Source of the DNA: Balanoglossus misakiensis | Taxonomy: Eukaryota; Animalia; Hemichordata | DNA length: 64,000 bases | Assembly: GCA_040954595.2 (NCBI GenBank) | Contig: CM082591.2 | Span: forward strand, 582,518-646,517 | Direction: 5' to 3' | Part shown: piece by piece, positions 25,801 to 39,106 of the stretch | How positions within the stretch are numbered: the stretch's first letter is position 1 | Layout: the number at the start of each line of letters is the position of its first letter | Notes under the pieces: model-generated | Told to the model about the DNA's origin: nothing | What the model saw: the letters and a program-made list of their open reading frames with translations, nothing else | Database searches by the model: none | Translations under genes and position numbers: made by a program

Positions 25801-27894
25801 AGCACGCCGGGTAAATCTGCAATACACTCTTCATTAACTAATCACTCAGACGATTGTTCCCAGCGAGTTCTGGCGAAGCCCGCAGTACCAGCGGCAACAG
25901 CTTCGTTTAACCCCAATATATTCGCATAAATATCAACGCCTTTAATTCAGCACAAAATATAATTTCATAGCGTATTCAGGTCAATTTTCTCTTTATACTG
26001 TTTTAATTTGACGAAGTCTTTTTAATTATTTAAAGTAATTACTTAAAATACCTATACTCAATTATGTTAAAACCTATATATTAATAAGATAATATTGGAA
26101 ATGGAACTCAGTCAATGGACTTCGATGATATGAGGCCTGGTAATAAAGAGCTTGATGCGATATCTCGTGCGGACAGCTCCGTCAAAAAATACGTTCATAA
26201 TACAAGACCTTAATTTTTGCGAACAATATTCCTAATAGATTCGAATGATCGGCAAGTTGGCATGAGCCAGGGGGCGAAAAGGAACGCAGTCACGATACGT
26301 TGATTGCATTCGGCACGCAAGCTGCTCCAGCCAAACATGTAAACGCTTTTACCGAGTAATTTCGTTAATGTCAGGCACCGTATCTCTGCGTTCCCGGGCC
26401 GGCCCCTCGGTAAATACAAAAACGCGAGCCTCACTCTCATTTACACGCGTTTATTATTTAGTAGTTGCGCAGAAATACATGACCTGTTGTGGCTATCGGT
26501 CTGGGAGTCCATTTAAAGGCCTGAACTGCTACATAACATGGGGAGGGGGGAACAGCTATAGGTGGAACATTGGAACATTACACGTGACGGGTTTCATCGC
26601 GTATTGTTCACATTGGACTTTTTTCTGTCCGCGCGTGCTTGTTCTTCCGTGCGCTAATCCAGTGGGACGAACGAACAATTAATTTCGTTGAAATTGTTTT
26701 TCTCTGAGGAATTTATTTTCTTTTAACAGGTAATTATTAAATTGTATGGCTTTAATTAGCAGGGGCCAATTAATCACGTGTTTAATAAATGTATTTGGCC
26801 TTCCTTCTCTTGATTTAAGCTGATATTGGATGATTATCTCGATGAAGTTTGTTCAAAGCGGGCACTGGGGGACTGGGTGGGTTCAATCCCCACGAGATAC
26901 CGCGAGATATTTCGAGATTCGAGAAATTGACAGTTAGCTTGAACTTGCTTGCAGTCTGAATGGGCAGGGTAGGACCGCGGTTGATTCCTATATCACATGA
27001 ATACTTTAGTTATTGTATTACCTTGACCTGATACATGCAGCGGGATGTAAACATGAAATAATTATTGATTAATTAATTAATCACTCACTCAATCAATCAA
27101 GTGGATCACGTATGTGCAATTAATAAAATACCAAGCAAGGCAAGAATTCATTTTTTGTGGTATCCATCCATGAATGAATACATTCCTCATTCCATTCTAA
27201 GTCTTCCCACAATCTTCCAATGCTATTGCAAATGTCGCCGCTATCTCTTGTCAAACTTAAAGGCGAGTTACACGAGGCAAATCGTGTATCTACTCCGGTT
27301 TCTACTTTCTCAGTGACATAACGTGGCCATTTTATTTTTCCAAGGTCAGGGATGATCTGTTCTGGCAATGTGGTTTGACCCACTGTATAAGTCCGCATCT
27401 GGCATCTTTTATTGTTGCGTTCCGGAGCACTCTTGGTGAATGTGCGGGCGTTCGTGTAATTTATTTCTTCTTTCTTCCCTTTAACCATGATTGAAAGATA
27501 TTTATGAGGGCTTGCATTCATTGGGGATAGCGAACCAAGGAGATTCCCGCGTCGATATGACAGTAATTTGTCTAATGTGGTCCGTTGTATGCGGCGATCA
27601 GCGCAATGCACGGTGATCTCGGCCTCGTCGCTTTGTAAATAATACAAAGCATCATTCCCACTCGGTGCCAATTGCTTTTCTTGGCGGGAATTCCGTCTTC
27701 ATTTGGCTGGCAACACAATTGGATTTCGCCACGAAGGATAGCTTGCGCTATCTCAACCTTTTAGAACCCTGTAAAATTGAAGATTCCGCTGATATGGCAT
27801 GTTCAAAGCACATGAATTGGACGCATCTATTCTTGGGGAGGGGGTTGCATGGATATGCAGACGGTTGGGCGATCCATTAGCACGGGGGGTATTT

Positions 27895-28045
27895 GACCAA
27901 TCACGTCTCATTTGACCTTATTGCACCTGCTTTGTCGTGTTACGTCATTCTTGCAGTCACGTGACTCACAAGTTCTTTGTGCGAACACTTCCATTACATA
28001 ATATGCCATCGTCTATCGATTTATAAACTCGAAGTTACGTCATAG
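27895..28045 (+). promoter_or_regulatory. Dense motif cluster (CCAAT, CRE-like, E-box, AP-1, TATA)
   Basis: CCAAT at 27897, TTACGTCA at 27940 and 28035, GTCACGTGAC at 27956 overlapping TGACTCA at 27962, TATAAA at 28022. Confidence 0.4.
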
Positions 28046-31000
28046 ACGCCGACGCAGTGCAGCAAGTTGACTTCTCCAAACCACTCTCCCCTCCGCCTTC
28101 ATTGCTCCTTCTGCATCCTCGTCCTATTCTCCAATCCCGATCCACCTAACTCTCTCTCTGCAAAAGTAAAACAATCACAAAATGGAAAAGATCCCTTATT
28201 TGCCTTATACCTGTTCACAAGAACAGAAATATATATTAACTTAATTTTATATTAATGAAATTAATCCGCCATGACACGCGAGGGCCGCATTCTTAAGATC
28301 ATAAACCATCACCCCCTACGTCAGAATATGACGCTGCTGTACGATAAAAGCGAGTCTATGCCGGCCTGGACCAAGGTTCATGACAAATGAGTCTAATAGA
28401 AAATTAAATATTAAAATCAATTAATGTTAGTAGTGTTAAGGGGAGCGACTTTGGCAATTTTCTAGCCGATATGTATTAAGGCATTTAGGCTTCCGTCTCA
28501 AATAAAGGGGGTCTTTCCCTACTTATCGTACAGGTATGTTTTTTTTCTACTGCGGTGACGCTTGAGCGATCTTTGATAACGAAGTAGAAGAAAAAAGCGG
28601 GATAATGATCTGTTGTGTTCATTGGATGGAATAGGGCAGTCACTATTACTGTCACCCTGTGAGAAAATGACAGACATGCGCCGTGACAATCGGAAGTGAC
28701 GACACGGCTGTGTGTCTGTCGTCCCGTCTGTCTGTATCTGTGTCTCGATCTCTCTGACCGTGTCACTGTTAATTTTACATCTTTCACGCAAGCGCGTTTA
28801 TATGCTTGAATTTGCACTGTTTGGTCGTACTGACAGGTGACTGACGGGAGCCTGTCACCTTTTTATATTCAACCTGTGGACAAGCAGCGAAATATATTGA
28901 TAGACTGCACGTTTGGCTGTAATTTAACCAGTCAACTGGCAGAAAAATTAAAAAGTGCAAACATAAAACCGAAAAAAATCTAACAGGCAGTGAACAACGT
29001 TCGCACGCGATATCTGGGAATTTGGCGAACGAGAATTTTTGAACATGTAAATGCCATTTCTTGGCGAATTCGTGTATCTGTTTACTCTAGCACAGCTCAC
29101 AGGGAATTGGCCAAATTCGATTACGAATATGATTTTAGATTTTGCAATTTGGACATGTTTTATTCAAGATAATGAAAACGGGTCGTTGGGGACATAATGT
29201 GTGTTTTCGTGCAAGTAAGCTTCCAAAATAGTTTTACCTAGGGGGTGAAAACGACGCGTGTTTGTTTAATATATCATTTTAATGAATCAAAATTGTATAG
29301 CTTGTCATTGCGTTTTATACCAATATTATTTACTGTTTATCCAGCGTAGGCGATTTGTCCAAGTTTTGGCCGAGCGGTTACCCGCTCGTAATCTGCTTTG
29401 AGTCACGAAATATTGAACCAAATCTGTTGGGGCCCGGGTCTAGTAATCGCAATGGCAAAACAACAGCTGTCATGGAGACAGAGCTCGCCCAGGATATCAT
29501 TACAGGAGCACGTGAACCAAAGAGCCACCCATTGTGAAGTAACGGTGTTGTAAAATGATCACTTAATCTGCGTTGTACCAAGCTCGGGTCTCCGTCGAAC
29601 AAAATGTGACGGGAAGGGCACCTCAGTGCCCGGAGCGAAAATATTGGGCCAATCCCGTTAATTTCAGTTGACAGACTACATACTGTTAGCACTAAGGGGC
29701 CGAATGACTTAACTTAGAGAAATTGTATGCTTATACTTTTCGTTCAGTTCACTTTTCGGGAGGGCGCCCCCACGTCATCGCTGTTCACAGACACACAAAC
29801 TGTTTTCAAAAAGGGTGACACAATGTATTCGTACACGGATGGATATTTCTACATAGACACCAACAAAAAACTTTCAATAACGACAATTTCACAGTGACGA
29901 CCGCCGCTATAAAATTTTAATATCGAAGGATGGACATTTCAAAAGCAACATGGTACCCTTACTGAAAGTTAGAGCTCATGGGCCTTGAAATCAGAGAAAA
30001 CCCCAGCCATAAAGCTATAAAACGTAAAAGGCAAACGCTTTTGCTCGCTAAACTAGATTAGTATATTTACATCGAAATTTCGATTAATGGACGATGCTAA
30101 TTTGAAATATGTAATAGTGAAACTCCCCAGTCAGAAGACCGTCTGCAATTATATTAGAACAGGTCTTCTCGCTTGGGAGTGCCTGGCTGTTTGGACCAAA
30201 CCCCGCCATTCTTTCCCGGAGAGTGTGTCTTCGTTTTTATTTTTCTCCGTTTAATTCCCTCTCTCTCGGGTGATTTTTATGAAATGTGATACTGATTTGC
30301 TCGATGGCGGTAAGGTCTTAGCTAAATCAGCGGCGACTTAGCGCTGACATCGGAGAGGGGAAACCGCGACTGACGACTGCGCCTGGAGATCTTTCGCTGA
30401 GCTTTTGCCGTCCAAGCTGTACTTGGTAACCCAAGAAGCCTATGAATAATACACGACCAGAACAGAAAGGCAGATTATTAGGTTTTTTCACGAAGGAAAG
30501 ATCTGTTTCCGTTAGCACGAGTGTAAGGCTGCAAATGCGGCTAGCCACCAATACTCAAAACATGTTGGTACAAAGAATTAGTCTATACATGTACAAGCCA
30601 ACTTAGTGCGCGAAATCCTCGGAGATTTCAAAAAAATATTAAATAGACAAATAAACCCATAGTGTCGCATGATATCCAAATGGGTTGTGGGAACACAGTG
30701 TGTCGGTGACGTTTGAAGGTTGGAAATATGTTGTGGTTCACTTTTCCCCAATAGATGAGTAGAAGTCCATTTAAACCACAAATAAATAAGAATAAAATTA
30801 GTTTATATGTTTAGGCGTTGCTAATTAGGCGATTGTTAGCCACTGTAAATAAATCAATGGTCCGCTAAGTGGGACACCAAACACATCCGGGCATTCACAT
30901 TAAAATACAACATGATATGAAACAGCATCATTGTGAATTCGGCTGATTGAATCAATTTCGGAAACCGCGAGGCTTAGAACTGTTCAAACAGGTTCCTTCT

Positions 31001-31605
31001 TGTCAGATTTTTTTTGCAACAATGAATAAGTTTAATTAAGCCTATTGAGGGACAGTTAAATTAAAGTCTGTTCAATTGCAAATTTTTCGTATTGGTATTC
31101 AAAAGTTGTAATAATGAAACGCTCGCGAATCAAACGGCGCAAAAGAACACCTCAAGGTGTTTGAAACCGTTTTGGTCAGAAATATTTTCTCTTCACTCAG
31201 AAATGTAGTTTTGGCCTTCGTTAGAACTTTCACGCCAAAAGAATTAAGTGTAACATTGTTTTGATATAGCCGGGAGGGATGATTACTCATTAAGAAAGCG
31301 ATTTTGATTCGTCAGTGGAAAAGGACCCGCTCAATTGTTGATTAAAATCCGTAATTAAGGCCCGACCCTTGCCGCTAATTGAGTGCACGCAGCGTGGTCG
31401 GCGTGTCACGTCAGCGGAAATGTGTTACGTGGTCCGAACACGTTCAGAAAACTGATACCAACAGAGGGGTTGGACACAGTCAGTGATCGGCAAGGGTGTA
31501 TGCGAGAACACGCAACATAGAGACCATAGGATAACCACAAATCGTGGCAGTACAACGGTCCACGCTGTCGGCCTAAACCCCGCCGCTGTATAAGCGCTCT
31601 CTGGC

Positions 31606-31660
31606 ATGTCAACAGTGTTACCTGCCATGGTACCCGAAACGAAGAGTCCGCTGTTAGTCA
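31606..31660 (+). CDS. LMO1: LMO1/3 candidate proximal first coding exon (1b)
   Basis: MSTVLPAMVPETKSPLLV+A, with consensus donor A|GTAAGT in phase 1, in frame with the 35298 acceptor (gives ...LLV-N-KVEILD). Lies in a CpG-rich region. Confidence 0.55.
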
Positions 31661-34600
31661 GTAAGTTACTTGTTGTTTTTGTTCGCAAGCGTCTCAGGAT
31701 GCGGGCGGGGCGGTGGTGTACTTTTAGAGCGTGTTGGCCACAACTGGCCGCCGTTGGCCGCTTCGACCTGGGCGGGGAGACTCGCACGACACTTTCACCG
31801 TGTCGTTGTCTGGTACCATCGCTGTAAAAAAGTCGCTCTCGCGTCTATCCTCTGTTTTGGTTTCCGGTCAGTACAATCGTGACTGAAATGCGTAAGTAAT
31901 CCTTCTCGCCATTTTCGAAGTCTCCCAGATGCGGTCAGTGACAAACAGTGCGTGACCAGGGAAACATTTACCAAGCTTGTCTTTAGTTACACAAAGGTTG
32001 AATCATTAAGTTGTCAAGACAGAAATGTTTTCGAGATTTCCTCAAGATTGTGAACCCGTGCATCAAGTTGTCGGGTATATGTGTGTACCAATGTGGGAGT
32101 GTCTGACACTCGCTCATCGACACATGCAGACTGTTTTGAAATTTCTCCTAATCAGACTTGTAGAAATACATTACCAGTAAACATCTAATGTGTAACTCAG
32201 AACACAAGTGAATACGTCATTACTACGGAATAATCTTAGGAATTGTCTCTCGCCCGTGTCAACCCACAAAACCCTGTTTGAACAAGTGGCCATTTGGAGC
32301 CAACTGCCAAGAAACACACACACGCTTCTTCCCCTCTAATGAGCAAAGTAATTGCATGTTGGTTCTCCCAAAACAAAAGTCTTTTTGAAACGCCGATCTG
32401 CTGTAGGCTTCGAAGTGTATTGTTGTCTGTAAGACGAAAACACCAACAAAGAAGAATGAAGGAGTGTTGTTCAGTGCATACAATCAATCTTATTAGGCTG
32501 TGTTAACAAAATCACGGACCGTTAATTCTCGTCAAGGACTCGCTTCATGACTGTCGGTTACATCGGCCTAGTTGTGTGGAGATATCAACGCCGGTCCTGG
32601 GTGGTTTAGCACATGTACCAACTTTTACAGCGCATTAGCCGCATTGCCATATCCCTGCCACTCGGTGCCGCGGTAGAAAAAAGGCATACGCAGTCATATA
32701 GGCTTAGCTGGAATAGCCGACACAAATCTCATAAGCCTAATAAGATAACGGCGGTACAGCGACTGTGTTAAAGCCGCCCGCTTATTGTGGTTCCGTCCTT
32801 TAGCTGGTGCGTGTACAGGCTGGCGATCACATCGGTTACCCGTACAATGGTGTTACCGTCCGATTTATTCGGATTATTCGTAAGTCCGTTTACTTATGAA
32901 AAAATCCCCGCGTGTAGCAAAAACGAGATTCAAATTTTGCTTTAATTTGTAGTTTTGATCTTTCGACAATTTGGTGAAAGGGAAAACAGGACAACGGCCA
33001 TTGCTGTTGTTGTATGATGTGGGTAATTGTCGGTTGAATTATTCGTTAAGACATTCTAATTACCATCTTTAATGATACGTGTATTCATGTGGTGAAAGTT
33101 TGTTTTCTCTTCCTCTTCCTAAATATTTACATAATTGACATAAATTGATGTTCTAATTGACACCAGTGACGAGTCTGATCTCCACCATCATTCATGTAGC
33201 TGTAACACACGCAGACAGCAATGCCAGTGTGTTTTTAAAAATTCATTTTGTCGTATAATGTGACTTTTTTTATTTTTCCGTACATAATGTAATAGTACAG
33301 TAATAATTATGCGGATTGATTGACGGGCGTGACCGTGACGAATTAGAACACAACACATCTTCGCCACACTTTTAATTAAAGAACATTTAAAACAAAACAC
33401 TCCACACATTCAACTAATAAGACTAATCACGCGCGTCCAATTCTTAATCACGCCAGATTGACCCAATTTTAATTAGGGCGATTCTTCTCAGTGTAGGGCT
33501 TATGGCGCTGGTGTCAGCTGCCAGCAAATCGTACACGTTGACCGGAGACCCAGTATTCGCCTTGATCCCCTGATGCCAATATGTGTGCAATGGGACCCTG
33601 TAAATAAATGTGTCCATTGATGTTTGTAGAAAATAACGTTAAATTGAAATTCGTTCCTTAGATCTAGTGGGTTTTTAACGCCAGAGTCCATCGTCTTGTT
33701 CTCTTCAAGTTTACATTGCCCTCGTAATGCTGCAGTCATGAAAAAAAACACCTGATAAAGTTTCCAACAGAAATTTACTTCGTGAGATATTTTTTCAAAG
33801 CATTCCTCACCTTTGTTCCCTGTTCAATGGTGGACGCCATTGACAGCCGAAATTTTCCATTGTTAATTATTCTGCGTTGATTAATCGGTACCCTGTGAAA
33901 AACAGGTCGCTTTTGATGGTCATTGTTTCACGCACGGACGAAACCAAGTTGGAATCTTAGATCTTCCGGCAAAGCAAACTGCTAACAAAGTAATCATATC
34001 TTTTCTGCGTAGAAAGTTTTCAGTGGCATAAAACGCACAGCTTTGTCGACAACGCGATATGAGCTGGGAAATTTTTATCCGATTCGGAAAAGACATATTT
34101 AGTTGTACTATAAAGACGTACATTCTGGGGTTTTTCTCCGATAAATTTGATGAACGCGTAATACGGAATTTTTCCTGGTACAGGAAAAGTTAAAAACAAG
34201 AATGGCGGCATCCTAAGTATAGTAACTGCATCAGAACACGCCAGCTAAGCCATGATTCCATCAAGCTTTTTAATTAAATAAAACATGTCGTCTGCCGGCT
34301 GACGTTTATCCAAGTCGCAAAAATCTGGCGTGTTTTACGCATATTGATATTTGGCTGTACAGCTGCTCACCCTCAAAGCAAATGCTGTTGTCGATCACTT
34401 GAGTCAAAAACTTCACAGCAGTGACTTTCTAGTGTGGCCAGAATGTACATGTGAAAGTTTCTGAGAGCAGCGGCAGCAACCATTTTAAAAAGCAAGAAAC
34501 AAACACCGAGTGTTGGACCGGACTGATTGATAACCGTGTAACTGCACGTCACGTGATAATGAACGGTAATTGAATTGGTCATGGGGTCATTATTTCTTGC

Positions 34601-35297
34601 AGTAAGAATATCGGAGATGTCGCGAAAAGCAAAATCATTCATGTACTTGCCGCATTTATAGTATATGAAATGTCATACAAGTAACGACACAAACTTCGAC
34701 GGCGTATAAGTGTAATATTTCGGAACAGTTTCATATGTACAAACAAACCTCAATTTTCGTAGCAAAACAAACCAAACATCACCATTGTATGTCTCACGTT
34801 AGTTTAGGATCTCTTTACAGGTTAGATCACTTCTCGTCGAGAGTAATTGATCGTCAATGATTGTGCGTTAGGACTTATTGAATTTCAAAAGAAACATTTG
34901 TTTTATCGGACCTTGAAGTAAAATGCTTTTCTTCAAAAGGTGAAACCTTATCCTACCGTTTGACGTTTTGCCGCCGCGTGTCCAGATCGACCGACTTCAT
35001 GTGTCTTTTGTCGCTAACACACGTACACGCGCCAAGCCGACCGTGTAGGGAACGTATCCTGTCCTTGTTTGTGTTAATTTGTTGGAGTGTAATATGTAGC
35101 TTGTACCAACAAATATTGATATTGGATGTTAGTTGTTCGGACAGTTGCCACAAATGGACGTAGTCATCCAACTGACGCCATATTAGTTCTGACAACGAAT
35201 GGACAATTCTTACCGTGGTCATGCCCTCTTGTTTATGACTGCCATTCCTCTCCTCTCTCTCCCCATCTAAGCATCTCTTCAATTCTCCTCTCAACAG

Positions 35298-35508
35298 ACA
35301 AAGTCGAAATCCTCGACGCGCCGCCAGATAAGAGGAACTGCGCCGGTTGCAAGAAGAAAATCAAAGACAGATATTTACTGAAAGCTTTGGACCAATTTTG
35401 GCACGAAGATTGTCTCAAATGTGCCTGTTGTGATTGCAGACTTGGAGAGGTCGGTTCCACACTCTACATCAAAGCAAACCTCATGTTATGTAAACGCGAC
35501 TATCTCAG
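35298..35508 (+). CDS. LMO1: LIM-domain-only protein LMO1/3 (rhombotin/Beadex-like), LIM1 exon
   Basis: Acceptor ctcttcaattctcctctcaacag|. Encodes [56 protein letters not shown](R). Donor AG|GTGAGT, phase 2. Confidence 0.95.
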
Positions 35509-37088
35509 GTGAGTGGACACCCAAACATTTGTCGTGTAGTGCTTTATAACTACAAACATTGTCATCCATGTTCTAACACCACAGCATCATGTATGTGTAT
35601 GCTTTGTCACTTGTAAAACACCAATGTCACAAACTTTTATTTCATATTACGAAAAACGACGACTTATAAATAAAATATAGTCCTGTATCATATGCGCACC
35701 GCTAACTTTGGCTTCGAGTTTCCTGTTTTGCATTCATAAAGCGATGAGAACTTTGGCGCCGTAAGGTAAAACGAAAGAAAAGTTTGTGATCGGTCTCGCC
35801 TCGGGAAACATCAAAGGCCCGCGGCCTGTTCATGGTGTCTACACCACCGACCATCGTCGCTGCTTCGATGAAAACCACGGCTCATAACTCGCATCTCGTT
35901 ACGCGCCAAATGGCGCCCTCCCAGCCGGAAGAAATTAATCAATGAATAATTGACGCCCTGCCTCTGTCATTATACATCGGAAACTGTGTTTATTTTGCAC
36001 ATCCTCACCAATCGATGAATCGAATCCGACAACCGGAATTCAGAGAGTTTAAACTTCGGGGCATCGGTTCCCTTTCTCTCACACGAGAACCCAACCAGGC
36101 GTGAGGAGTCAGACAGCGAAACGAGCTCTAAGACAAAACCGCCAAAGAAGAGGCCGAGATAATTTGGAAAGTTAAATGTGTACGTGTGAGCAAACTCGGC
36201 GAGAGCAAGTGATGTAGTTTTACGCACGCGATCTTTATTTTTGTGGCGGTTGCAATTCAGCGGCAGCCTGCATCAATATCTATAGTTCTTTACAGTGCTC
36301 TCAACGAGACATTTCCCAAAATGTTGATTGATGAACTCTTCTGATCATCTTTAAGTCTAATAAACATTTGTGGCCAATTTGGCCAAAAAATGAAATCATG
36401 CAATTATCAGTGGCAGTAAAATATCACACGGTTGGTGACCTATAGCTAAAGAACATAACAAAAGACGATGCTTTCAGCTAAACGCCAAGGTCATTGAAAA
36501 TGTAGTTTGTACAAAAAAGTGCAAATGGAGCGAAGATGAGCACACAGCTTTTGATCGCAAACCCAGTCACGTGAGCTACATTGCAAACTGTCAGTTTGTG
36601 TTCTTCCGCACGATTGAGTTCCGCGCCTGGGGTACATCACGGCCGTTGCCACTGCTGTCCCCAGTGGCTGAAACGATAATGAATGTCATACCGTTTTAAT
36701 AAATAAAATAATGCAAGTTAAGTTGTACCATTTATCAGAACGGAAGCGATATCAACGACATCTGGGTGAATCTGGAACCTTCCGGACTTTGCACGCCTTT
36801 TCCAGCCCTTCTGATCAGGGACGGTGTAAATAATATATTGTCGCTTGTGGGATATGTACTCTGATCTGCAGTGGTTGCCGGTAGCATAGCTTCACGGACA
36901 AAATGCAACTTTATATTTTTTTTATATCGTCGTCTGTTCAACCGAGTGAGCATTTGGTTTGTTGCTTCAGGGGACTTTCGTTAAACCAGACTGGAAAAGT
37001 CCGGTGGTGGCGTCGTCATCTTCATCGTCATCATCATCTAACTTCTCAAAGTGACTAATATTTTTTTTTCTTGAATTCCCTTCTCCAG

Positions 37089-37214
37089 GTTGTTCGGCAC
37101 GACTGGATACTGTGCCGCGTGTGCAAAAGTTATTCCAGCGTTCGAGATGGTGATGAGAGCCAGAGAGAACGTTTATCACCTTGAATGCTTTGCTTGTCAA
37201 CAGTGCAATCACAG
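37089..37214 (+). CDS. LMO1: LMO1/3, LIM2 exon (126 nt; not in ORF track)
   Basis: Acceptor ttcccttctccag|G. Encodes (R)[41 protein letters not shown](R). Donor AG|GTAATG. Confidence 0.95.
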
Positions 37215-37249
37215 GTAATGGCACGACTCGTATGATAATGTAGCTAGCA

Positions 37250-37320
37250 AACCAGTTAGCCAGCCAGCCAACAGATAGACAGACAGCTGACAGACAGACA
37301 GAAGGACAGACAGACAGACA
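37250..37320 (+). repeat. (GCCA)n/(GACA)n tetranucleotide repeat in the short LMO intron
   Basis: Imperfect CCAG and CAGA units. Confidence 0.75.
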
Positions 37321-37427
37321 ATTAGATGATCGATCGAACGAAACCATTTGTGCGAGTACATGTTGTCCTTCACTCCCTTATAGCGCCACCAGCGACACAT
37401 TTAACCACCCCTGTTGTTTATTCCCAG

Positions 37428-37626
37428 GTTTTGCGTCGGCGACAAATTTTACCTGAGGAACAATAAAATACTCTGTGAAGATGACTATGAAGAAGTGATG
37501 ATGATGACGATGGGCTCATACTACAAGCCGCCAGTCTCTATGGCAACGATACAGACAGAGGACAATATGACCCCCATCAGCTCGTCGATACAACCCTCAT
37601 CCATACCACAACCGACGTCGGTTTAG
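37428..37626 (+). CDS. LMO1: LMO1/3, last coding exon
   Basis: Acceptor gtttattcccag|G. Encodes (R)FCVGDKFYLRNNKILCEDDYEE...QPTSV*. Spliced CDS is 187 aa with exon 1a or 196 aa with exon 1b. Confidence 0.93.
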
Positions 37627-38703
37627 AAGTTAATATACTCCTGCCATCTGCTTCGGCAAACCTAATTTAAAACGCTATAAACTGTATATATATATTTTGT
37701 CTTTTTAAAAACTTTTTTCCTCCGAAATTATTTCTGTTGTCTGTATCGCTGAGATACGGCATTTGCATTGGGCGAGTCTGGTTATTTTTTATTTCATTTT
37801 CCGCTTAATAGTTACAACTTGGCCTGGCTATAAACATTTTGGCCTGCAGAGAATGGCCATCTGTATATACATTGTATTTTGGTCAGTGTGCTGCTATCGG
37901 CTATTCACAGAACAAAATAAACTTTAAAAGGTTATTTTATCCGCAGCATATTTTAAAATATCGCAAAAGCACTGATTGGCCGCCGTATTATTGTAAATAG
38001 TGGTCTGTACGAGAAAATCGGAAAGGCAAGACATTTATTCCGTGTTCATCCTAAAACTTATTGCACTTAGAAAAGTTTTGATCGATGTATAAGTTTCCAT
38101 GGAATTTAGTAAGGCTGCCAAACCGAGAACGTACTTTTATAATTTACTGCTTATGATTTTAGTAAATTGATAAGGGTCATTTTGGCACTACTGTGTATGT
38201 AATCATGTGACCGCGATGCGCACTGACCCATGAAAGGTCACGAGACCGAGGTAGACTGTAGTGTTATGGTGGAAATGTCATTTTCGGTTTTATCGCTTGT
38301 TGTGTAATTTTCAAATTTCATGGAACTATGTTTTGTCTGAAATTCTTTGTTTTGGTAGTTTTACTTGTATAATATATACAATAAAATAAGATATCTTTAA
38401 GGTGTTCAGGATTCTACATTTTTTTAATGACAGTTGAGGATGGATATCAGTCTTGTAAACATCGCCCTCGATTAAAGATTGAGCAATGCATTCATTTACA
38501 TGTATATGTTCACTCCTCCTCCCTCCATGGACTGCAGCTAGCGCCACCATCGACTGGTTTCTCAGTCTGTAATCGTCAGTGAAAGGGGTTGGAGCAAGTA
38601 TCCGCTTCGTCGTAAATAAACGGTTGACCTCTTCGGCTTTATATTTAAATGTGAAGCTGTAAGTCAGAAAAGGGCCACTGTCGTCAGTTTATATTCTAAT
38701 AAA
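37627..38703 (+). promoter_or_regulatory. LMO 3' UTR with several poly(A) signals and Pumilio elements
   Basis: AATAAA at 37916, 38380, 38615 and 38698; TGTAHATA at 37683, 37862 and 37992. Confidence 0.45.
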
Positions 38704-39090
38704 ATGCACATTATCACCTGTTCAGATTTATGTAAATGTTATTGTATTTCAATTAACACTTCGAGGCTGAATAGACTCGACTTGAGGGTGCCACGATTCT
38801 GTGTTCGTGATTTGAATATGAATGCGCCGTCATACACCTGTGAATACGGAATAATAATTCCTGTTTGCGTGTCTTGTATGTGCACAGAAAAAGTACTCCT
38901 TTCAAAAACCGAGACGGAAAAACACGCAAAGTGTTTCAGCAAACTGTAAATTTAAATTTACCTGACAGGAAATAAAAAGCACACCCCGGGGAGATCATCA
39001 ACAGAGTCCAACGCATCATTGTGCGCATACAAATTTCTTTCTCGAATTTCTTGAACGGTTTATAGTCAAGTCCAGTTCTAGTGGGAAGGA

Positions 39091-39106
39091 GGGGGGGGGG
39101 GGGGGG
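39091..39106 (+). repeat. Poly-G tract (G16)
   Basis: Read directly from sequence. Confidence 0.9.

Noticed and set aside
26860-26895. tRNA B-box-like GGTTCAATCCC (and A-box-like TAGCTCAGTGGT at about 50829)
   Set aside because: No cloverleaf or partner box; at most a SINE relic.
27120-27671. 183-aa minus-strand ORF
   Set aside because: No recognisable domain or convincing splice structure; more likely non-coding regulatory DNA.
35126-35297. In-frame ATG extension of the LMO LIM1 exon
   Set aside because: Reads through a clear polypyrimidine tract and acceptor at 35297, so it is probably intronic; a retained-intron isoform cannot be excluded.
38024-38068. Short matches to the 5' ends of miR-31 (AGGCAAGA) and miR-92 (TATTGCACTT)
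   Set aside because: Only 8-10 nt match and no precursor hairpin; consistent with chance.
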